Source of the DNA: Bacteriovoracaceae bacterium
Lineage (GTDB): Bacteria > Bdellovibrionota > Bacteriovoracia > Bacteriovoracales > Bacteriovoracaceae
NCBI GenBank assembly: GCA_018649885.1
Contig: JABIHA010000095.1
Location: 1 to 39,135 of the forward strand
Direction of reading: 5' to 3'
DNA length: 39,135 nt
Part shown: in pieces, positions 1-9,328 of the stretch
How positions within the stretch are numbered: the first letter of the stretch is position 1
Layout of the letters: each line of letters begins with the position of its first letter
The notes under the pieces: model-generated
What the model saw: only the letters and a program-made list of their open reading frames with translations
Told to the model about the DNA's origin: nothing
The model's database searches: none
Position numbers and translations under genes: made by a program

Positions 1-9
1 ATTGATGAT

Positions 10-55
10 AAAAAAAGGACACTACCAAAATTAAACGAGGGAGGTAATGCCCTTT
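10..55 (-). terminator. Probable intrinsic terminator downstream of the PLD gene
   Basis: Minus-strand stem AAAGGGCATTACC / GGTAGTGTCCTTT (13 bp, two G-U pairs) followed by a U-run; a second hairpin lies at 59-96. Confidence 0.6.
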
Positions 56-98
56 GAGAGTAGCACCCCGTAGAGATCGGGGGCCAAATTGCTACTAA

Positions 99-2060
99 CT
101 ATTTTTGTCTCATGGACTCTTCTATCTTTTGGGTATCCCTTCCATTTTTGGCGTTGCCGTAGGGCCAAACGGGGATGGAGTTTACTAAATCGAGGGTTAG
201 CTGTCTCTTCAATTGACCTGCTAGGTCCTCGTCTAAGCAAAACATGGAAATTTCGTAATTATTGCGTGATGAGTGGGCGTCCATATTGAATGATCCTATG
301 ACACTCATGATTTGATCGAATAAAAAGACTTTTTGATGGGTGTATTGAAAATAGGTCCAAATATCTAGATTGGTATTTTGGGCAAGGCCTTTAAATAGTG
401 GGATTCCGCCTTTGGCATAATTTAGATCAGATCTAAAGTATCTTCTCTCCCAGAATTTGGCCATTTTGGATTTGCCTTTGTCCAAGGCCTTTTCCATTTT
501 ATGACGGAAAACAGTTGAAAACTCACCTACTCCTCCCCAGAATCCATTGCTGAGCATTGTAGATTTAAAACCATCGTCAGATTTAGCGATAAGCTCTTTC
601 ATGATTTTGTGGTTCCACCTTCCCCTTTTATGCTCTTTTGCCTTTCTTTCGATATAAGATAAATTGGGCGTGGTAAATACAAGTGAGTGACTGGATAATT
701 TTAATGATTCATAAAGAGTTTTCCCAATGTCACTTTGAACTTCATTGCCAGGAGTTTGTAAAAGAGAGCGGCAAACACCTTCATTTAAGGGAAGCTTATC
801 ATCAAACTGGTTGATAAAATTCGCGCCCCTGATGGCCAGTCGCCTTTGCTCTTTTTTCTGGGCCAAAATATTCTTCCTGTAATCTCTTAGGATTTGCCCC
901 TCGCATCCATCACACATAAATTTTTTCTTTTTGCTTCTCTTTGCGATCCACATATTTAAATACTGATGAGTAATATCTGTCACTGTTGGCCCTTCAACAA
1001 ATACATCGGTATCTCTATTTTGGTGGTTAAAACCTGTAGCTTCTGCATATTGATTGAGCAGGTTTTGTCCTCCCAAAACGGCCTTTTTACCATCGGCAAT
1101 CCAAACCTTAGTGTGCATAACTGAAAATAAGTGCTTGGGGTTTAAAAAAGTAAAGGGCTTTAGAATTGAAATTCCAGCTCGCTTCATCTTTTTTAAGCAC
1201 TTTGTTTCAAAAACAGTAAATACACCTTCCACGATAAACCTAACATCAACGCCTCTATTTTCAGAGGCATCGATCATGGCATCAATCAACTCTCCAGACT
1301 TTCCTTTACACTGAAAATACATAACTGAAGCGAAGAAATACTCTTTGGCATTTTTCACTAACTTGATTCTTCTTTCAACTGAGCTTTCATTGGGAAGCAA
1401 GACCATCTTGTTTCCAACGGTTAACTCTGTCTTTGAAACTTCACTAAGCTTTTTTTGTGCCTGAGCGGTAATCAAGGGTGACTCACCATTGTGATCAGGA
1501 AACTTATCACTATAAGTAGAGAGCTCATCACTTTCAAGCTCTCTTATAGGAGCGTGATTGAGTCCAGTCCAATAGGATACATAAGGAACTTTTCTTTGAT
1601 ACTGCTGTCTTTTTTCATTAAACTCAAGCTCAGTGTAGGCAAGCCTTTTAGCATCTAGAAAATTCTCACCACCAAAGAACTGATTATAACTTAGGACATC
1701 AGTGGTAAATAAAAACTCATTCGTTCGAAACTCAAATACCTCTCCACTTGCAGGAACAAACCTGAGATTCCACTTTGATGAATCATCCAACTTGTAGCTA
1801 ATCACACTTCTTGAATAATCATGACTATTTTCTTCTGCTCCCAATACATCAGGAGTCGCACGATCGTTTAATTGCAGATAGGGCATTAATTTTTGATAAT
1901 AGTGTGAAAGCTCACTTAGACTAATGGTCTTTTCTTCTTCAAAACCTGTGTCTGAGTTTGGTGGATTTTTCTTTGCGTAGGCAGTTGTTGCTACCAGTGC
2001 CAATACAGCTATAAACTGTAAGCACAAGGCCTTAAAAGGACCTCTTTTTAAAAATGTCAT
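99..2060 (-). CDS. Secreted phospholipase D / cardiolipin-synthase-like protein with an N-terminal extension
   Basis: Two HKD motifs (MHTKVWIADG...GGQN and THQKVFLFD...GSFN); N-terminal signal peptide ending AYA; SD-like GAGGAAG upstream. Confidence 0.88.
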   Translation of the reverse strand: MTFLKRGPFKALCLQFIAVLALVATTAYAKKNPPNSDTGFEEEKTISLSELSHYYQKLMPYLQLNDRATPDVLGAEENSHDYSRSVISYKLDDSSKWNLRFVPASGEVFEFRTNEFLFTTDVLSYNQFFGGENFLDAKRLAYTELEFNEKRQQYQRKVPYVSYWTGLNHAPIRELESDELSTYSDKFPDHNGESPLITAQAQKKLSEVSKTELTVGNKMVLLPNESSVERRIKLVKNAKEYFFASVMYFQCKGKSGELIDAMIDASENRGVDVRFIVEGVFTVFETKCLKKMKRAGISILKPFTFLNPKHLFSVMHTKVWIADGKKAVLGGQNLLNQYAEATGFNHQNRDTDVFVEGPTVTDITHQYLNMWIAKRSKKKKFMCDGCEGQILRDYRKNILAQKKEQRRLAIRGANFINQFDDKLPLNEGVCRSLLQTPGNEVQSDIGKTLYESLKLSSHSLVFTTPNLSYIERKAKEHKRGRWNHKIMKELIAKSDDGFKSTMLSNGFWGGVGEFSTVFRHKMEKALDKGKSKMAKFWERRYFRSDLNYAKGGIPLFKGLAQNTNLDIWTYFQYTHQKVFLFDQIMSVIGSFNMDAHSSRNNYEISMFCLDEDLAGQLKRQLTLDLVNSIPVWPYGNAKNGRDTQKIEESMRQK

Positions 2061-2297
2061 CTCTCACTTCCTCTTCTCATTTCTCTCTAGGCTAAAACAA
2101 GTAACACTGCGCGTAATCCATGTAAAGCATCCTTCACAAAGAGTGGTAAAACTTATATCACCTCCTAACCTACTGTTTTTACTTCCCATTACCGTTTCAT
2201 GAAAAATCTACCTTATTCAAAGTTTGGAATTTACACGAGGCGTTATTTAAACTAGAAAGACCCTAGGGATAATTATTAATCCGAAATGGAGAAGCTC

Positions 2298-4415
2298 ATG
2301 ACCAGCTCAAAAAAACGGTCTAGGCGGATAACTTTTGGGATCTTGGCAGCACTTATATCTTTGAATACTTTCGGCTACGAGGGATCGGGAGTCAGGAGTA
2401 TTGAAGACTCACTTACAAGGCAAGGTATTACTGAGGACTACACTGAGTCTTCTTTGCATGTACTTGAACATCACCTAACTAGCAAAATTGCGTTTTACAA
2501 AAGAAAGGGCAAAAAACCTGGCATCAAAAAAGGTGATAAAAAAGACATCGATCAAAAGCTAAACTATTACAACTATGCTCTAGCTCTTCTCGATTTTGAA
2601 AACCTACTACCTTTTCAAATTATGCAAAACTACACCAACGCTAGAAGAATTGCTTTTAATGTAAGAGCATTGGTTGAAATTAAAAACCAACCTATTATTA
2701 AATCATTTATTATGATTCCGTTCCAGCTACACACTAATATTGATTACATTTTACCCAAGCACAAATTCACACGTCTGGGTGAATTACAGGCGCCAAAAGA
2801 ATCAAAAAACCTTTTATCAAAAAGAAACCCTGGGACTTTTGCAACACCAGCGGAGCTTTCTATACTTACATATAACGAAGTTGCCGGTCTTGATATTGCA
2901 GACAACCACCCCTTTTTATACAGTCAAAGAAAATTAGATACCATTGAAAACCCTTTTAGGCTGATGGAAGATGAAGCACAGAAAATTGCGACCCATTACC
3001 TTACAAAAGATATTGAAAAACCTTACTCTGATAATTTTAAATATGACCTAAAAAAGGCCTCTCGCTTTCTATTTTTTGATGAATTTAAAAATAGTGCTAC
3101 TTCGGCCAAAATAAAAACCAAAGATCCACACAATTTAAAGTGGAAAATGAAATGGGGAGTTGAAACCCAAACGGATCCTGTTGCAGCTAGAATTTTTGCA
3201 CGAGCGGGTGTCAAATATGTTGATTTAACTTACTCAAAGCAATCTTCAAAAAATCCTACAACCCTGATTCTCGCAGAGAGAAGGACTATGAGTGTAATAG
3301 AAAGAAAAAAAGAGCTCAAGTCAATTGGCCAGACTGATTCAAAGGCCTGTGATCACGTAGATAGTGTTGATCTACTGGTAAGATGCATGAGAAAAGGGTA
3401 TTACCGTTTTACCCTACTTCCTTTTATTGTAGAACGTGGGACGATAACTAAAGAAAATAAAAAACAAGTCCTAAGAAATTATCCAAACTATAGGAATAAA
3501 AAATACAAACCTAAAAAACTCATTAATAGAGAGTATGTTGTATTTAATGAAGTAATGGTCGAATACAAGGGAAAGGGCCCCTATCTTCAGAGAAATACTC
3601 CAGTCACATTTGGAAGAATGGGATCAAAAAATGATAGAGCAGCAAGATCATCTGCACTTTTAAATCTCTTTATTGATAATGTTGACAACAAAACCCTTAA
3701 TAATCGATCAGTACTTTATCGAGGCTACGGAAAAGAGGCCGGAAATAAAGATTTTGACTACTTTGAAACAACACATGACCTTGGGGCCTCACTTGGTACA
3801 GCAAAGCTTGGGGGGCTAATTAATAAAATTGGCCAAGGTAGTCGATTTCTAGAGCCTCTAAAGGCCAAAGAAAACTCTATCCACACTAAACTACGCTATC
3901 ACGGTTGGCTTCTATTTAGACCAACCTCTTGGAAGAAGAGCTCTTATAGTGATTTATTGTGGATGGCCAAACGTATTGTCAAAATCAAAGTACCAGAATT
4001 TGAAGAAATTATAGCCGCTTCAAGTTGGCCGGATTTTATGCAAAAAGCATTTGTATTTAGACTTCTTGGAAGAAGAAATTATATTGCAAAGCTCTTTGGA
4101 ATTGAAAATTTGCTTGATCAAAAGGTGATAAAAAGACCTGATTTTCAAGTAGATTTAAGTACTCACGAATTGAGAGTTAAAGCAGCTAAGCAGTACCATC
4201 TTGATGTCAACGACATAGAAACTGCGATGAAGAATGCAGAGCTTTTAGGGAAAACCTATATTGATAAACTTGTAGTCCACGGAAGTGTCAGCCGGTGCAA
4301 GAAGACGATTCTTATTGGTCTTCTTGAGGACAAACTCTTCCCATCAGGACTATCCAGAAGAATTTTTAGATTTTCTGATCATAGAAAATTAAGGGTATGT
4401 AAATATAAGCAATAA
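2298..4415 (+). CDS. Secreted hypothetical protein with putative atypical (HipA/PI-kinase-like) kinase motifs
   Basis: Long ORF (alternative start 2286; GGAG precedes ATG 2298); basic-then-hydrophobic signal peptide; motifs WKMKWG-E, IDNVDNKTLN and HDLG. Confidence 0.6.
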   Translation: MTSSKKRSRRITFGILAALISLNTFGYEGSGVRSIEDSLTRQGITEDYTESSLHVLEHHLTSKIAFYKRKGKKPGIKKGDKKDIDQKLNYYNYALALLDFENLLPFQIMQNYTNARRIAFNVRALVEIKNQPIIKSFIMIPFQLHTNIDYILPKHKFTRLGELQAPKESKNLLSKRNPGTFATPAELSILTYNEVAGLDIADNHPFLYSQRKLDTIENPFRLMEDEAQKIATHYLTKDIEKPYSDNFKYDLKKASRFLFFDEFKNSATSAKIKTKDPHNLKWKMKWGVETQTDPVAARIFARAGVKYVDLTYSKQSSKNPTTLILAERRTMSVIERKKELKSIGQTDSKACDHVDSVDLLVRCMRKGYYRFTLLPFIVERGTITKENKKQVLRNYPNYRNKKYKPKKLINREYVVFNEVMVEYKGKGPYLQRNTPVTFGRMGSKNDRAARSSALLNLFIDNVDNKTLNNRSVLYRGYGKEAGNKDFDYFETTHDLGASLGTAKLGGLINKIGQGSRFLEPLKAKENSIHTKLRYHGWLLFRPTSWKKSSYSDLLWMAKRIVKIKVPEFEEIIAASSWPDFMQKAFVFRLLGRRNYIAKLFGIENLLDQKVIKRPDFQVDLSTHELRVKAAKQYHLDVNDIETAMKNAELLGKTYIDKLVVHGSVSRCKKTILIGLLEDKLFPSGLSRRIFRFSDHRKLRVCKYKQ

Positions 4416-4421
4416 AATCTC

Positions 4422-4450
4422 CCCTGCAGTGACAACTGCAGGGTTTTCTT
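4422..4450 (+). terminator. Intrinsic terminator
   Basis: CCCTGCAGT-GACA-ACTGCAGGG followed by TTTTCTT just after the stop codon. Confidence 0.8.
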
Positions 4451-4544
4451 CCAACCATATGCCACAGAGTTGTGGCGGCTTATTTCACCAAAATTTCATT
4501 TGTCACCAATATCCAAGCATATGGATAATTTTTTTGATTTTTTC

Positions 4545-4572
4545 TTGACCATAAAAATGCTCATGCTAATCT
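4545..4572 (+). promoter_or_regulatory. Putative sigma70 promoter for the lipoprotein gene
   Basis: TTGACC, 16 nt, TAATCT with an extended -10 TGn. Confidence 0.4.
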
Positions 4573-4693
4573 TGGAAACTTCTAGGGGCAAAAACAACGA
4601 ATAAAAAACAGGTCTTATCGGTACGTGAGCGGAAGTGGTACGTTTTATCTAACGACCAAACTTGGGGATTAATTCTCATTATCGGAGCAAACC

Positions 4694-5557
4694 ATGACTC
4701 ATAACATGAATCGTGTTGGACACAAAATAAAGTCCATCTTAATTGTCTGTATTTTCTCTCTTTTTATTGTTGGCTGTGGAACAAATCCTGACGAAGTCCA
4801 AATTGTAAAAGACTTAGAGATTAGTGCCACTCAAAATGACGATGCTGAAGTCATCTTAGGCTTTAGTATGCTTCTCGACATTGGCCAAATGTCACTTCCT
4901 TCAGTTGATTTTACAATTGTCCATCCAGAAACAGGACATGACCTGGGCCAAGTCTCTCTTCTATCAAGCTTTGATGGTAGTAGTGAAATAGGAATCTCAG
5001 TCAATTTAACAGGTGCAACAAATGGGGAAGTCTCATCAGGCGATGCAAACCTACCCAATGGAAAAGCAATACCTGTCGGGGGAGTAGATAACTCAAAAAT
5101 CTTAGCTCTTCCTGTAGCAGATAGTGGGGTAATTATTTATATAGGACTTGATACGGGAATGGCCTTAGCAGGTGTTGCTGTCCCTATCGCACAATTCGAC
5201 CAAATCGGTGGAAGTATTGGAGGAGCGAATATCTTTCCAGTTTTTGATATCCAAGGTGTTAAAGGGATTGCAGGGCTTTTCACAGGATCAGGATCTGGTG
5301 AAAATGGCCTGGCCATCTTCTTTGACTTTAGCTCTGTAGTTGATCCAAGTGATCTTCTCAGCATCGGTCAATCAGCACCTCTTGAAATTCAGTCAATGTC
5401 TATGGCCAGAAGTCTAAGTAGATCTCCTGTCCTAAGAAAAGCAAAAGCATCCAAAATGTATTTCTATCCTAGTTCAACTAGTAGTAGAAAAATGGATACT
5501 CTTAGTAAGAAAATTTATCGATTAGACAGAAAGTCTGCAAAACTAAAAGTAAGATAG
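4694..5557 (+). CDS. Hypothetical lipoprotein, beta-rich
   Basis: Lipobox IVGC after a hydrophobic stretch; GGAG SD; Gly-rich amphipathic strands; basic C-terminal tail. Confidence 0.75.
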   Translation: MTHNMNRVGHKIKSILIVCIFSLFIVGCGTNPDEVQIVKDLEISATQNDDAEVILGFSMLLDIGQMSLPSVDFTIVHPETGHDLGQVSLLSSFDGSSEIGISVNLTGATNGEVSSGDANLPNGKAIPVGGVDNSKILALPVADSGVIIYIGLDTGMALAGVAVPIAQFDQIGGSIGGANIFPVFDIQGVKGIAGLFTGSGSGENGLAIFFDFSSVVDPSDLLSIGQSAPLEIQSMSMARSLSRSPVLRKAKASKMYFYPSSTSSRKMDTLSKKIYRLDRKSAKLKVR

Positions 5558-5569
5558 TTTAACCCATCT

Positions 5570-5604
5570 GGTCCTGGAGATTCTCTCTCCAGGGCCTATT
5601 TTTT
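5570..5604 (+). terminator. Intrinsic terminator between convergent genes
   Basis: GGTCCTGGAGA / TCTCCAGGGCC stem followed by TATTTTTT. Confidence 0.7.
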
Positions 5605-6147
5605 AGGCGCTAAATCTTTTGCTAAAAATGAAGTCAAATACGATAGCCTTACATTCCTTTCAATTCCATGAGGCGAGCGTTCTACAATTTCTGCCATCTC
5701 AGATGCCAGACCACAATCCATTACAAATTGATCAGCTTCCACTGCCCATTCTAAAGATGTGACTTTTCTTCTTCTTTCCTGCGCCAAGATACTTCCAATT
5801 TGATAGCAAATGGCCGCAATTCCAATTGAGGGGTCAACACAACGGAGATAATTCAATACATTATTATCGATTAAAATATAGTGGCCCTCTCCACCTTTTG
5901 ACAGATGAGCTCCGATTCCCTGCTCTATGCAAACAAAGGATAAATTAGATAATTTGGCCATTTTATTTATATTCTTCTCAGAAAGCATTTCCCAGAAAAG
6001 CTCAAAAGATCTCACTAGCACAGCATCACTTCTGATCCATTTGTGCTCATCACTCGCGTAAAAAGCAGACATTAGCTCCTTTTTACTACGTTTTTTTTGA
6101 GATTTAATTTTTGATCTTATTAAGGGCATCACACCAAAAAAGTCCAT
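5596..6147 (-). CDS. Hypothetical protein, M48/zincin-like with a degenerate HExxH
   Basis: Start placed at MDFF (GGAGG SD); AAICYQIGSIL sits where AxxxHExGH would be, followed by an ExxxEAD segment. Confidence 0.55.
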   Translation of the reverse strand: MDFFGVMPLIRSKIKSQKKRSKKELMSAFYASDEHKWIRSDAVLVRSFELFWEMLSEKNINKMAKLSNLSFVCIEQGIGAHLSKGGEGHYILIDNNVLNYLRCVDPSIGIAAICYQIGSILAQERRRKVTSLEWAVEADQFVMDCGLASEMAEIVERSPHGIERNVRLSYLTSFLAKDLAPKK

Positions 6148-6279
6148 AGCGCCTCCATAAGCTACTATCGGGGAAAATCGCCCACAGCAAAATAATTTGA
6201 ACAAAACTGAGGCCCCTGGGAAATATTTTCCCCAGAATCTGTTTAACTAACAGGTAAATAAGCAGTATTATAGAAAAAA

Positions 6280-7731
6280 ATGAGAAATAAGCACGATAGA
6301 AACACCAAATTTTGTTTTGGAGCTGCTGGCGCCCTATTAGCGCTGGGACTTTTAGTGATCCTGCTTGCTGGACATCGCGGCATAGCTCACAACTGTTTTA
6401 ATGTCACCGACTTTGGCATTCTCCAGCAAGGGATCTACAACTTTTCCATACCTGACTCTCTCAACCCTGAAAGAAGCGTTAGAGGGGTTAAAGTTCTAAA
6501 CGATCACTTCGACCCCATTATGTTTATAGCGAAGCCCTGGAGCATGATTTTCGACTATCATCCCACATCTCTCATTTTCTTTGAGTGGTTTTGGTTTTTT
6601 CTACTTTTCCCAATTTGCTACCTTCTCAAGAAGAAAGACGGAGCAGGTGCTGGGGAGATTGCTGTTTGCTTTTTTCTACTCTTTTTTTGCAGGGGCCTTC
6701 TAGCAGCACTTAACTACCCCATTCACCCATCCACTTGGGCAATGACGCCACTCTTCCTAGTCAGCTATTACATGGGAAAAAATAAAACCAAAGAAATCCT
6801 AGTCTTGTTTTTCCTCTTGGCCTTTTATAGAGAAATATTTCCTATTTTGGCAGGCTGCCTTGGGCTTTGGTACGCACTTATAAAGCAATATAAAAAAGCG
6901 TTTCTCTTAATTGTTTTGGCAGCTTTGTTTGGCATCATCGTTTTTCTAGTGCGACCTTTGCTTGTGGGCCCCATGCTAAAGTATGGTGACCACTTTATTG
7001 GAATGATTCTAGAAAACCCATTTAAGGCCTTGTACGAGTCTGTCGTATCGTTAAAATGGGGGGCGCTGATCAAGCTACTACTTCCCTTTGTCTTTCCAAT
7101 TGGATGGATTTTAAAAAAAGAAGCAAAAGATCTATCACACCCTGCAATAGGTGTGATTTTTATGCTCTCCCCTTTGTTTCTATTGCATATTTTGGCCAAC
7201 CAGTTCATGAATCACTATGGGGTCTCATTTGTGGCCCCTTTGCTGGGAATTATCATATTCTCAACAATGCCTAAGTTAATCGCCAAAAAAAGAGCTCTTG
7301 CACTAATTGTGTTGATTCCATTTTTTGCCACATCCACAAGCAGTCATACAAAAATTGTGCAGAAGGCCTTTTTTAAAAAAATTAAATCCTGTGACATGGA
7401 CTCTAAAAAACTTGCCGCCACAAAAAAGATGCTGTCCATCAAGTCACAATTTGGTGTGGAAACTCAAATATTGGCCTCAGGTGGCGTCATCCCCCTGCTG
7501 ATTAGACCACAGGCCCAAATCTTTCATATCAACTCATGGATAAAAACTCGTGAAAGCTATGATCTAATGATTTATGAAAGAAACCAAACTGGAAGACACC
7601 ACCCTCTTGACGGCAGTCAAATTGAAAAAATAATAAAATCCTGCAAACTTAGTGGTGGAGAAATCTTAATGGATGACCATTACTACTTTGTTATGAAAGG
7701 GCCTATCAAAAAGTCCTGCTTACAAATATGA
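6280..7731 (+). CDS. DUF2079-like polytopic membrane protein (probable GT-C fold glycosyltransferase)
   Basis: About 10 hydrophobic segments; DFGILQQGIYN, DHFDPI, HP, YRE and HY motifs typical of DUF2079. Confidence 0.7.
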   Translation: MRNKHDRNTKFCFGAAGALLALGLLVILLAGHRGIAHNCFNVTDFGILQQGIYNFSIPDSLNPERSVRGVKVLNDHFDPIMFIAKPWSMIFDYHPTSLIFFEWFWFFLLFPICYLLKKKDGAGAGEIAVCFFLLFFCRGLLAALNYPIHPSTWAMTPLFLVSYYMGKNKTKEILVLFFLLAFYREIFPILAGCLGLWYALIKQYKKAFLLIVLAALFGIIVFLVRPLLVGPMLKYGDHFIGMILENPFKALYESVVSLKWGALIKLLLPFVFPIGWILKKEAKDLSHPAIGVIFMLSPLFLLHILANQFMNHYGVSFVAPLLGIIIFSTMPKLIAKKRALALIVLIPFFATSTSSHTKIVQKAFFKKIKSCDMDSKKLAATKKMLSIKSQFGVETQILASGGVIPLLIRPQAQIFHINSWIKTRESYDLMIYERNQTGRHHPLDGSQIEKIIKSCKLSGGEILMDDHYYFVMKGPIKKSCLQI

Positions 7732-7744
7732 AGGAGAAGCTGCC

Positions 7745-8335
7745 ATGGCAATTCAACTCTTAGGGGGCAAGGCCCGTGGATTTAGCTGTGAAATCCCCAA
7801 GGGAGATGAAGTCAGACCCTTGCAAGTCCTACTCAAAAGAAGAGTCTTTGACAGCTATCAAAATTTTGAGGGGGTTCACTTTGTAGATCTTTGTGCTGGA
7901 ACAGGAGCGGTAGGGCTAGAAGTTCTTTCAAGAGGCGGTGATAAAATCAACTTTGTTGAAAAATCTCATAAAGTATTCACTGTCTTAAATAAAAATATTG
8001 AGCGCTTTTGTTCAAGCTACCAAGATCTAGGCATTGTCGAGCTCTCCAATCAAAGCTGTACAACTTGGATCAAAAAGTTCAAAGATCAATATGAAAAATC
8101 AACAAAGGAGCAAAAAGAGAATACTGTATTGTTTTTTGCACCTCCCTATCCGATGCACGAGTTATACCAAAAATTTATTCCCATGATCTTTTGCAGTGAT
8201 TGGTTTAAAGGGGTGCTTTGGGTTGAGTCAGATGATCATAAAGGACCGACGCAGAGTGAGCTTGAAAAATTAGGAGTCAGGGAAGATAAACTTATAAGAC
8301 AAGGCAGCTCATTTATTATGATGACTAGTTTTTAA
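7745..8335 (+). CDS. rsmD: RsmD-family 16S rRNA m2G966 methyltransferase
   Basis: GGKARG, VRP, DLCAGTGAVGLEVLSRG SAM motif, FVEK, (A)PPY; AAGGAG SD. Confidence 0.85.
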   Translation: MAIQLLGGKARGFSCEIPKGDEVRPLQVLLKRRVFDSYQNFEGVHFVDLCAGTGAVGLEVLSRGGDKINFVEKSHKVFTVLNKNIERFCSSYQDLGIVELSNQSCTTWIKKFKDQYEKSTKEQKENTVLFFAPPYPMHELYQKFIPMIFCSDWFKGVLWVESDDHKGPTQSELEKLGVREDKLIRQGSSFIMMTSF

Positions 8336-9208
8336 ACTGGCCGGAATTCTCTTACTAACATCTGCCTCACCACCCATACTCATATAGTCATTTTTTAACA
8401 AGCTGCTAGTGGGGTAATTTGTTTTCACAAAATCAGTGAGCTTTTCAAAGTAAATCGTTTTCATTTGCTGGTTTTGAATTTTTTCGTAGGACAATACCTT
8501 TTGTCTATACATTGACCATTTCTCATAATCTCTACTTTGAAAATTCATCCCAATAGAGAGAATAAAAATATAATGCGCAAACCATATGGGAAAAACAACA
8601 AAACTTCTTAATCCCCATTTTTTTAACTTACTAAAATGTGGCCACAAAAATTTTTCGAGAACTAAACTTAAGACAAGTGATAGTATGATCACTACCGATT
8701 GAGATAAAAGACAATCTAATAAAACTTGAAGGGAAAATCCCGCTTCAAAGTCTAGCTTGGTAACAGAGAAAACTTGAAAGTTTAAAAATACCCAGCTCAA
8801 TACAAATAGTGCAAATGTCACAAGAGAAAAACTCTTTTGTTCACCACTTAGCTTCCACCAAGGTCTTGTTTGCCCTTCAAGGCCCGCGCCTTCTAAAATC
8901 ATTTGAGATGAGTAGACATAAACCTGAGAGCTAATTTCAATAATATTACCTTCAGACAATGAATGGGCCTTACCTGCTTTCAGTTTTTTTCTTTTAACAA
9001 TTGTTCCAACATTTGAACCATGGTCAGTAATGGTGGCGTTGTCACCATCAATTTCAAAGTGACAGTGCTCATCACTTACTTCGGGATCATCACAAATAAC
9101 CAAGTCCCCTCGGCATCCAATAATGAGTCCATCAAAAAGTGTAGTTCGACCGCCTTTATTAAGGCAGTGAAGGTAATGTGAATGGTTTTTCAAACTATCG
9201 TTATCCAA
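8309..9208 (-). CDS. FHA-domain membrane protein
   Basis: N-terminal DPEVSDEHC...ITDHGSNVGT FHA-like pattern followed by 3-4 transmembrane segments. Confidence 0.7.
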   Translation of the reverse strand: MDNDSLKNHSHYLHCLNKGGRTTLFDGLIIGCRGDLVICDDPEVSDEHCHFEIDGDNATITDHGSNVGTIVKRKKLKAGKAHSLSEGNIIEISSQVYVYSSQMILEGAGLEGQTRPWWKLSGEQKSFSLVTFALFVLSWVFLNFQVFSVTKLDFEAGFSLQVLLDCLLSQSVVIILSLVLSLVLEKFLWPHFSKLKKWGLRSFVVFPIWFAHYIFILSIGMNFQSRDYEKWSMYRQKVLSYEKIQNQQMKTIYFEKLTDFVKTNYPTSSLLKNDYMSMGGEADVSKRIPASLKTSHHNK

Positions 9209-9265
9209 GTCTTAAACCTCGCCGATCTATCTTCTCGGAGTTTCATTTACTGACTTAAACATGGC

Positions 9266-9306
9266 AAAAAAAAAGGACCTTCAACAAAAACTGTTGAAGG
9301 TCCTTT
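9266..9306 (-). terminator. Strong intrinsic terminator
   Basis: Perfect 15-bp stem AAAGGACCTTCAACA / TGTTGAAGGTCCTTT with a 9-nt U-run on the minus strand. Confidence 0.9.
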
Positions 9307-9328
9307 CAAACAGGAGAAAAGACAAAAA

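Noticed and set aside
4575..4693. Possible c-di-GMP riboswitch in the lipoprotein leader (GGGCAAAA)
   Set aside because: Lacks the GNRA-capped P2 stem and the GCAAAG/P3 elements of the class I aptamer.
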